Source of the DNA: Bacilli bacterium
GTDB lineage: Bacteria; Bacillota_I; Bacilli_A; RF39; UBA660
Assembly (NCBI GenBank): GCA_017441065.1
Contig: JAFSAI010000016.1
Coordinates: 17,599-81,598 of the forward strand
Length of the DNA: 64,000 nucleotides
Direction of reading: 5' to 3'
Each line of letters starts with the position of its first letter. Position 1 is the first letter of the stretch. Positions 19,028 to 26,531 of this stretch are shown one piece after another. The translations under genes and the position numbers were made by a program. Under the pieces are notes generated by a model. It worked only from the letters and a program-made list of their open reading frames with translations, searched no databases and was not told the origin of the DNA.

Positions 19028-19924
19028 TTAATTATACATTCTAGCTTTAGAATCTTTTTGCATTTCATAACCATATTCAAATATATATGACATACTAAAT
19101 ATAATTAAAATTTCTAATATATTCATTAATTCAAATGGACTATTTCCTTCTGAAACACCTAATAACAAGTTAATTATAATATCTGATAAAGGTGTTATTA
19201 TAATTAAAGCAATCATTAAATAAGAAATATTTTTTATAAATTTTACATTATCTAAAGTAAAGGGTGTATTATTATCTTTTATATTATTAAATAACTTTTC
19301 TACATAACTTAATATTATTATCATAATTATTATATCTATCAATAAAAACACTAATGCAATTTCAATATAACCAATGATTTTAGTATTAGAATTATTTTCA
19401 AGCAATTCAATTACATCATAAGATTCATCTTCAATATCAAATTCACCAACAACAATATCATGAATTTCAATTTTATTTTCATCTATTATTTTTATATTAT
19501 CTGTTTTAAATGCTATTTCATTATTCTTAATTTCAACATTATTAACTACATAAGGAACTAATAACATTGCAAATATAATAAATGGAATAGCTACCTTTAA
19601 AATAATTGCACCAATTTTTCCTATTAAGCTAATTATATTACTTAAAGCTTTTACTTCCTTTTGTTTCTTTTCATTAAACTTAACTACATTCATCACAATT
19701 TCTGTATCTAATGAAGAAATATCTGTCATATCAGTATGAACAAGATCATTTAATTTACAATTAAATATCTTACATAATTCCAAAATATTGTTCATTTCTG
19801 GATAGGATTCTCCATTCTCCCATTTTGAAACAGATTGTCTTGTAACATTAACTTTTTCAGCTAATTGTTCCTGTGACATGTTTTTATTTTTTCTAATTTG
19901 TCTTAAATTATCTCCAAACTTCAT
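19028..19924 (-). CDS. XRE-family HTH fused to a multi-TM (DUF2975-like) domain
   Basis: MSQEQLAEKVNVTRQSVSKWENGESYP HTH_3 motif, followed by about four TM helices. Confidence 0.75.
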   Translation of the reverse strand: MKFGDNLRQIRKNKNMSQEQLAEKVNVTRQSVSKWENGESYPEMNNILELCKIFNCKLNDLVHTDMTDISSLDTEIVMNVVKFNEKKQKEVKALSNIISLIGKIGAIILKVAIPFIIFAMLLVPYVVNNVEIKNNEIAFKTDNIKIIDENKIEIHDIVVGEFDIEDESYDVIELLENNSNTKIIGYIEIALVFLLIDIIIMIIILSYVEKLFNNIKDNNTPFTLDNVKFIKNISYLMIALIIITPLSDIIINLLLGVSEGNSPFELMNILEILIIFSMSYIFEYGYEMQKDSKARMYN

Positions 19925-20105
19925 TAGATTACTCCTTTCTAAATATGAGTATAATATTATATAATCTTTTTTACTATCTATTTTCAGTTGCGATTACATA
20001 AAAAGCAAAAAATTTTTTTCATCCAATTCTACACCTACTACCACTTACTATATATTAGTATATCACGCTTAGCAACATTATGGTAAAAAATACATTTCCT
20101 GACAA

Positions 20106-20135
20106 GCAAAAAGCCAGATATAAAATCTGACTTTT
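20106..20135 (-). terminator. Rho-independent terminator (junction-module copy)
   Basis: Minus strand: AAAAAGTCAGAT-tttat-ATCTGGCTTTTTGCTTGTC. Confidence 0.65.
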
Positions 20136-20236
20136 TAAACTTTAAATAATTATGAATATTTATTAAATTTACTTTTATTGGTGCACAATTACAGTGTTTT
20201 TGTATCTTATTATTCAACTAATAAATTATAATTTGA

Positions 20237-22201
20237 TTACTTGTTTTTTTCATATTTAGCTACTATTGTCATATTTCCTTCAGCTATATTTTGTTTATGT
20301 ACTACTTCCTTATTACTATTTTGTTGTACCCATCCTACAAATGTGTAACCTTCTTTTATAGGGTCTTGTGGAACATTAATCCAACTTCCTATATATTGTT
20401 TGTATATAAAGTCTGGTTGACCATTTCCTAATTTAAATGTTATTGTAGCAAATCCATTTGCCACAGTACCTTGTGCTTCTGAAAAATTTACTGTTGTATT
20501 TTCGGTTGCTACACTGCCATTAAGATAGAATTTTCCTTCTTTATTTGTCCAACCTTGAGCACCTTCGTCACCAATATATTTTTCTGGAAATGTTAAATCA
20601 ATCGGTGTTCCTTTTTCAACCCACTCAAAAGATTCATCGCCATAGTAGTATGTTATTAGAATTTTATCTTTTCTAAATTCATTTATTTTATTTAAAGATA
20701 TCATTCCATATATTGATAATACTATTGATACAACAATAATTAATATTTTTACTATTTTATTTCTTAATTTGAAATTTTTTCTAAATAATATAATCAATCC
20801 AACTAACAATACTACTGAAATTAGCATCATTAACCCATTACTTGAGATAATATACCAAAATTTAGAAGCAACACTAATACTCATTATCGCTAATAAAATT
20901 AGTACTATTGTAGTTACAATATTTAATATTAAAAGTATTTTCTTTTCTTTTGCCTCAGCAATCTTACTTTTTATTATCTTTTCAGCTAGTTCCTTGCATT
21001 CTGGCTTAATTTTTTCAATATCTTCTTCTTTTATATACTTACATGATTCTATAGCTTTTAATGATACATCTAAAATATTGTGGATATCTTCTTTTGAAGC
21101 GTTTTGAAATTTGCTTTTTGTAACTTCTAAAATTCTAGTTACTATTTGGTTTCTAAAAATATACTTATCATTTTTTAGATAAATAACAAGTTTTACATCT
21201 CCACCATCATATTCAAATGAATTATATTTTGCATAATAATTCATTAAATTTTCTAAAGCTTCGTTTTGTAGATTTTCATCCAATTCAAAATCAAAAAATT
21301 TTATTGCTTTATCAAAATTTTCTAAATCTTCTTCTTTTAAGTCCGGAATTACTGCACAATAATGACTATATATTAACGGATTGTCATTTAAGTCATTTCC
21401 TGTTTTATCAATAAAATCGACACAGATTAAATTTTTAATTTTTGCTGATAATAAGTCTTCAAAATTGTTATTAAAATTTACAACCGTTTTATTTCTAAGT
21501 TTTTTTAATCCTTCTACTGCTTTTTTATTTGCAATATCCACAGGAATAGATCCAATTAATGACGCAGCGTGACGGGCACCGGCTACCATTCCTTCATGAT
21601 ATGCTTTATCGCTAAAACCTTGAGATACATAACCTGTTACTCTTTCTCCATAAATTGGATCATTATAACTATCAAGTGTTACATAAGTACTTTTTTTACT
21701 ATCTATGTCTGCTAGGGACGATATTAATGATTCTTGTGCTTCCATTGCACCTTCTCTTTGTGCTTCAGCCATTTTTATATTATATTCAGATAACGTGCTT
21801 TGAATATCTCTTCCTAAAGTATCTATTGCCCCATTACATAATGTTATAAATTTTTCTGCTACTTCTTGTGTTAAATCAAAATTGTTATAAGCGTATTTAA
21901 TAAAGTCAGTAAAATAGATAATTGCATTATTTACAATGTTTTTGCATGATGCAGTAACATCTTCTGATACTGATACACTATTATTAAAGTTATTTCTTGC
22001 ATTATATAATATATTACTAAATTCTTTTGAATTTCTGTTTATTTTTGATAGTTCAATAGTATATTTACCTATTTTTATTGTTTCTTCTTTTATTTTGCTT
22101 TTGTAATCATAATCTCTTTTAGGTATAAATGTGTAATTTTCTAAGTTTATTTTTTGCCCCATACTTAAAAGATAATTTTCAATCATGTCTTCTACTTTCA
22201 T
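20237..22201 (-). CDS. Large membrane protein: unknown cytoplasmic N-domain, 3 TM helices, C-terminal Listeria/Bacteroides-type (Flg_new) repeats
   Basis: 654 aa. GGAGG RBS. TM cluster at about aa 420-510. C-terminus TITFKLGNGQPD..EGYTFVGWVQQ resembles the InlB B-repeat/Flg_new fold. The N-terminal 400 aa have no recognisable motif. Confidence 0.6.
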   Translation of the reverse strand: MKVEDMIENYLLSMGQKINLENYTFIPKRDYDYKSKIKEETIKIGKYTIELSKINRNSKEFSNILYNARNNFNNSVSVSEDVTASCKNIVNNAIIYFTDFIKYAYNNFDLTQEVAEKFITLCNGAIDTLGRDIQSTLSEYNIKMAEAQREGAMEAQESLISSLADIDSKKSTYVTLDSYNDPIYGERVTGYVSQGFSDKAYHEGMVAGARHAASLIGSIPVDIANKKAVEGLKKLRNKTVVNFNNNFEDLLSAKIKNLICVDFIDKTGNDLNDNPLIYSHYCAVIPDLKEEDLENFDKAIKFFDFELDENLQNEALENLMNYYAKYNSFEYDGGDVKLVIYLKNDKYIFRNQIVTRILEVTKSKFQNASKEDIHNILDVSLKAIESCKYIKEEDIEKIKPECKELAEKIIKSKIAEAKEKKILLILNIVTTIVLILLAIMSISVASKFWYIISSNGLMMLISVVLLVGLIILFRKNFKLRNKIVKILIIVVSIVLSIYGMISLNKINEFRKDKILITYYYGDESFEWVEKGTPIDLTFPEKYIGDEGAQGWTNKEGKFYLNGSVATENTTVNFSEAQGTVANGFATITFKLGNGQPDFIYKQYIGSWINVPQDPIKEGYTFVGWVQQNSNKEVVHKQNIAEGNMTIVAKYEKNK

Positions 22202-22328
22202 ATATATTTTTACCTCCAGACCTTCTATTACAATTTTATTATATCATAAAACTTCTTATTATAAATATACCTAATAAATCGTTATTTGAAAACATCTTGA
22301 TATAAACCAAAAATGCATTTTTAGACAA

Positions 22329-22358
22329 GCAAAAAGCCAGATATAAAATCTGACTTTT
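22329..22358 (-). terminator. Rho-independent terminator (junction-module copy)
   Basis: Same hairpin as at 20106-20135, followed by GCTTGTC. Confidence 0.65.
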
Positions 22359-22466
22359 AAAACATATGAAATAATTCTTAACGTTTACTAAATTAGCTTC
22401 CCTTTATTTATGCGGGTTTACAGCATTTTTGTATGATACTTGTATGATACTGCAGTGTCTTCAACC
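22359..22466 (-). repeat. R-block copy containing a pseudo 3' end of rpsI (att-like direct repeat)
   Basis: 22378-22397 TTAACGTTTACTAAATTAGC aligns with rpsI 27935-27955 TTAACGTTTTGAGAATTGTGG. The flanks align with 25962-26060, and a degenerate core TGTATGATACTTGTATGATAC lies at about 22430-22450. Confidence 0.75.
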
Positions 22467-22574
22467 GATGCTAAAGTATCTTAGTAATTTTTTACTTATT
22501 TATAATTTGGCAACAGCTTAATAAATTTAATAAAAATATTTTTATATTAGTTAAATATACTAAGTTTTCTATTT

Positions 22575-23015
22575 TTAAATTTTTTCTTCTATGCTTTTAA
22601 TATATTTATCTAAACTCCTATGATTTTTAATTTCAGAAACAAAATCTAATTTGAACTGACCTAGATATTTAATAATTAAATCTGCATATCTATCCAAGTT
22701 TGAATCGTTTACGACTTCTTCTAAATATTTATTTATTCCTTTAGTTTGATTTACTCTTTCAACATAAAAAGCTAATAAATTACTTGAACCTATTTTTTCC
22801 TTTGCAAGAAGAACTATTGATTCTAAATTTTCTCTTGAACAAAAATATCTTGGTTTATAAACTCCTGCCATAGAAAACATTATTAATACACTACCAATAA
22901 AAAGTTTATCTGTACCATCATTTGGAAATGTTTTTTGTGTAAACTTTATTAAACCATCAATTGTATTATTTTCTGAATAATCATCATATAATTCCATTAA
23001 AATCCTGTTAATCAT
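22575..23015 (-). CDS. Hypothetical protein (146 aa), no recognisable domain
   Basis: Intact ORF with AGAGG RBS; predicted helical and acidic. Last gene of the cassette bounded by the pseudo-rpsI repeats. Confidence 0.55.
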   Translation of the reverse strand: MINRILMELYDDYSENNTIDGLIKFTQKTFPNDGTDKLFIGSVLIMFSMAGVYKPRYFCSRENLESIVLLAKEKIGSSNLLAFYVERVNQTKGINKYLEEVVNDSNLDRYADLIIKYLGQFKLDFVSEIKNHRSLDKYIKSIEEKI

Positions 23016-23241
23016 TTTTTACCTCTTTTTAATTATTAAATTAATTTTATTTAATCAATTTATTTTCCAAAATCTTTTTTTACCCTAATAACAGAACTAA
23101 TACTAGCACAACTAACTTCTAAATTTTATAAAGATTTCGAAAATATTTTGTCTCCTCAATTTATTCTTTTACTTTTTTTATTTCTAATCGATAAATTACA
23201 ATTTATTATTATCACATTATTAAAATATATTTTGTTATTTA

Positions 23242-24015
23242 TCATATCATCATATCAAACTCCAATTGTCTTTCTTTCACTTCTAGCATTTCTTTACAAG
23301 CAATAGATAATGAATCTACTACTTTGATTGATGATGGATTCAAATATTTATAATTAGATTTCGAAAAAATATAATTAATGATCAATACATATGGCTCATA
23401 CTTTTTTAAACAATAACCATCTGCTACAAAAACATGTTTATTATAGAAATCAATACAATCGAAGTTTAAACGTGAATATTCGTATTTACAATAAAACAAC
23501 TCCAAATATGATTTTTCAAAATCAATATTTTTAGCATCGTCTAACAATTTGTCAAAGTCTTTTTCTAATTTAATTATTTCTGTATTTTCTAATAATCTTT
23601 TTCTATAATTAGGGAGAAATATTCTTATATCACACTCTTCACAGGCTGGCACATGTCCTTTAAAATATTCATAACAATCAACACTTATTTCCTCATCTAA
23701 ATTGTGAAGATTTATTAATTTACAATATCTTTTACCATTTTTCTCTACTACATAAAAATGAAAATATCTTTGCCCATACCAACCTTTATCATCTGTAGTA
23801 TTTAATCTATATCTACATTGTAGTAACACATTTTCGTCTTTATCTATAGTATAATATGTATCTTTCCATTGAATGTTTCTATCAACTTGAGACATATCAT
23901 TTTGATGAAATTCTCTTACATAATCTCTTTTAAAAGATTTATTTTCAGTTACTTCTTTCTTCTTGTGAGTATCATTTTTTAATTTATTTTTCCTACTCCA
24001 TAACATCTTTGTCAC
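23242..24015 (-). CDS. Hypothetical protein (257 aa), Cys/Tyr-rich, no recognisable domain
   Basis: Intact ORF with AGAGGTGA RBS, driven by a copy of the shared promoter module. Basic N-terminus and CEECD motif; no family assignable. Confidence 0.6.
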   Translation of the reverse strand: MTKMLWSRKNKLKNDTHKKKEVTENKSFKRDYVREFHQNDMSQVDRNIQWKDTYYTIDKDENVLLQCRYRLNTTDDKGWYGQRYFHFYVVEKNGKRYCKLINLHNLDEEISVDCYEYFKGHVPACEECDIRIFLPNYRKRLLENTEIIKLEKDFDKLLDDAKNIDFEKSYLELFYCKYEYSRLNFDCIDFYNKHVFVADGYCLKKYEPYVLIINYIFSKSNYKYLNPSSIKVVDSLSIACKEMLEVKERQLEFDMMI

Positions 24016-24140
24016 CTCTACAAATTACTATTTATCTACCAGATACATTATAACATATATTTTAGAGAGTTAGAGTGCAAGAACGACTAGTGGCTAGATT
24101 TTATAATGGTTTTCGTTATATCATGTATGCTGTGTGTATG
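24016..24140 (-). promoter_or_regulatory. Shared promoter/operator module, copy 3 (diverged)
   Basis: Core TGTATGCTGTGTGT at 24124-24137, CATTATAAAATCT, direct-repeat-like AGAGTGCAAGAAC (24072-24084), and -10 TGTTATAAT. Confidence 0.5.
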
Positions 24141-24174
24141 TTACGCTAAGCGTCTCTGAAGTGTCTTAAATACT

Positions 24175-24708
24175 TTATTTATTTCGATTATTATAGAAGT
24201 CTACTATAAGTTGATATAATTGTACCAACAATATACTTATTTCTGTTAATGGAATACTTATACTAAATCTTTTTATTATTTTAGGTTTTCTTTTATAATT
24301 TTCATTTGTATCAAAAACTGTTAACGATTTTCCTGGTTCAAATATAAATTTTGAATGAGAAACTGCGTTGCGAATATGACCTACAAAATCCCCATTTTTG
24401 TAATCATCTGTATTTAAAACATAAATTTTACTATCTATCTTATCCTTTATAAAATCATTAATTATTTCATATTGCAATTTATCCGCATATATTTCCTTTG
24501 GAACGACGAAAAAAATATACATTAAAATCATTACAACGCCTTGAGAATCTAAAGTCATTTTTCTCAACGTCTCCTTAAATTCAAAATTATAATTTTTTAA
24601 AAAATAATCTGATTCAAGAAAATCTTTAGATTTTAATTCCATTAGTAAAATTCCTATTGCAATAGATTGTACTACTAGATTATCTTTATCATCAATTTTT
24701 ATTGTCAT
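24175..24708 (-). CDS. Small HEPN-like protein (Rx4H motif)
   Basis: 177 aa. GHIRNAVSHSKF contains R-N-x3-H, the HEPN RNase signature. The start overlaps the upstream radical SAM gene by 17 nt. The HEPN call rests on this motif only. Confidence 0.55.
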   Translation of the reverse strand: MTIKIDDKDNLVVQSIAIGILLMELKSKDFLESDYFLKNYNFEFKETLRKMTLDSQGVVMILMYIFFVVPKEIYADKLQYEIINDFIKDKIDSKIYVLNTDDYKNGDFVGHIRNAVSHSKFIFEPGKSLTVFDTNENYKRKPKIIKRFSISIPLTEISILLVQLYQLIVDFYNNRNK

Positions 24709-25768
24709 GTAACCTCCTTGAATTTTTCATATATATTTTTCTGCAAAGTGGTTCTACCCTTTTTCCACCAGGTGTTTTTACTTCTTCTAAATTTTCATAA
24801 ATACTATAATGTTTAATTCCATATTTTTTCATTGTGGCTATATCCAATTCTTTGAATGCTGGACATGGCAATACTGTTCCATCAAATTTTATATCTAGTT
24901 TTTCTAATCCCGCATTACATTTATGTGAAGTATCTCCCATTAATGGTATCCCAATTCTTATATGACCACCATATAAATTTCTAGAATTATTTAAAAGCTT
25001 CATAAATTCTACTAATTCACTTTCACTTAACATTAAATCATTTGCATTTTTCGACCCTCTACCTTGAGGTACAAAATTAAGTATGCTAATATTATTTATT
25101 CCAGCAATTTCTAACATTTCTAATATATCTGGGATTTCTCTATAATTTGGTTTCATCGGAATAAAATGAACATCCGTTTCTAATCCAACAATTGAAGCAT
25201 TCAATAATGAATCCAATAAGCAAGCATGCTTTTGTCTATTTCTTCCCATTAAATATTCATCAGTTTCATGTTCATATGCTTGATAATCAAAAACTATTTT
25301 ATCTAATCCCATTGATTTTAGCAAAATTAGCTCTTCTTTGGTTATAGGGCTGAATGCAGGTGGATGTATTATTCTTTCATAATAATTTTTTACGTTATTT
25401 TTTAATCTTTCGTTCCAAGATTCATGTTTTTCTATTTCTGCTAATTTAAGATTCATTTCTTTGATATAAAAATCTATTGCTTCAGCAGATAGTGGTAAAG
25501 ATTTTTTTATACCACTTGTAAATATTACTGTCCTTATTCCAAATGATTTAGCGTATTCAACCATCCTTAATAAATCAGGATGTAAAAAAGGTTCTCCACC
25601 ACTTAAAGATAATTCCTCTATTCCACCCTCACTTATAAAATAATCTATAACTCTTTTAAAATCATCAAATGAAATAATTTGCTTTTTATCAATACATGAA
25701 TTTGAAGAACAAAACTTACATTCATTTGGACATGATTCAATTATTTCAAAACATAAATCTTTTACCAT
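24692..25768 (-). CDS. Radical SAM enzyme with C-terminal SPASM/twitch-like Cys motif
   Basis: CPNECKFC (CxxxCxxC), SLSGGEPFLHPDL, and C-terminal HKCNAGLEKLDIKFDGTVLPCP. Start taken at the ATG after GGTGG (MVKDLCF..). Confidence 0.85.
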   Translation of the reverse strand: MVKDLCFEIIESCPNECKFCSSNSCIDKKQIISFDDFKRVIDYFISEGGIEELSLSGGEPFLHPDLLRMVEYAKSFGIRTVIFTSGIKKSLPLSAEAIDFYIKEMNLKLAEIEKHESWNERLKNNVKNYYERIIHPPAFSPITKEELILLKSMGLDKIVFDYQAYEHETDEYLMGRNRQKHACLLDSLLNASIVGLETDVHFIPMKPNYREIPDILEMLEIAGINNISILNFVPQGRGSKNANDLMLSESELVEFMKLLNNSRNLYGGHIRIGIPLMGDTSHKCNAGLEKLDIKFDGTVLPCPAFKELDIATMKKYGIKHYSIYENLEEVKTPGGKRVEPLCRKIYMKNSRRLHDNKN

Positions 25769-25780
25769 AAAACCACCCAT

Positions 25781-25961
25781 TTATTAATTTTTATTATATC
25801 ATAAATTCACCGAAAATTAGAACGCGAGAACTACTATCTTCAAGATTTTATAATGCTTTGCTCAATCTCGTGTATGATGTATGTATGCTGTGTGTTATCT
25901 TTAGGGTAAAAATAGCCTATTTTTTTTATTGCAGCAAAAAAGCCCGTAAATACGGACTTTT
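25781..25961 (-). repeat. Terminator-core-promoter junction module, copy 2
   Basis: Aligns over about 170 nt with 27723-27890: terminator 25934-25961, core TGTATGCTGTGTGT 25882-25895, AGAACGCGAGAAC 25819-25831, and -10 TGATATAAT (25793-25801). Confidence 0.8.
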
Positions 25962-26060
25962 GAAACATTTGAAATAATTCTTAACGTTTTGTAAATTAGT
26001 GTCCCCGTATTTATGCGAGTTTGCGGAGTTTTTGTATGCTGTGTGTATGCTACACAAACG
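25962..26060 (-). repeat. R-block copy containing a pseudo 3' end of rpsI (att-like direct repeat)
   Basis: 25981-26001 TTAACGTTTTGTAAATTAGTG matches rpsI 27935-27955 at about 18/21 positions. A second core TGTATGCTGTGTGT lies at 26033-26046 with the flanking inverted repeat TGTGTA..TACACA. Confidence 0.8.
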
Positions 26061-26101
26061 GTCTTAATAGGACCTTAAATAATTATAAAAATTTTTTAAA
26101 G

Positions 26102-26131
26102 AAAAAAATCAACCTGATTAAGTTGACTCTT
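26102..26131 (-). terminator. Rho-independent terminator of the 26.1-27.7 kb cassette
   Basis: Minus strand: GAGTCAAC-ttaatcag-GTTGATTTTTTT. Confidence 0.6.
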
Positions 26132-26531
26132 TTCCACAAATATGCAACTAACACTAAATTGTATACAAAATAATATTAATTGTTTACACTGCATGGCTAA
26201 TCACTTCCACACCCATAATTTACTATTTGCATTGATTAATAGCGGCTAAACGGGTTTAGCAAAGAAAATTCATTTATAATCAAAAAAACTTTATCATGAT
26301 TGTAACTCCAGAAAAATATCGTGAAATTATAGTACCAAGATTTTTGTTTATAAATTTCGAAAGAACTTCCTAAACTAAGAGTGTCCCGCTAAAGGTAAAG
26401 CGCCTTGTAATAAGGCATCCCTCCTTCGTGTAGTATAATCTTTTAAAACTATACCACTAGAAAAAGTGTACCATTTTTAGGCAAATTTTGCAACACAATC
26501 AAACGTTTTTTCGCAGTTTAATACAGATTTT

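Noticed and set aside
26380-26440. Twister or hammerhead-type self-cleaving ribozyme in the GC-rich patch
   Set aside because: Some short strings (GTCCC, AAGCGCC, GGAGGG) recall twister conserved segments. I could not assemble the required stems and pseudoknots in the correct order on either strand, so it is kept only as an unexplained structured patch.
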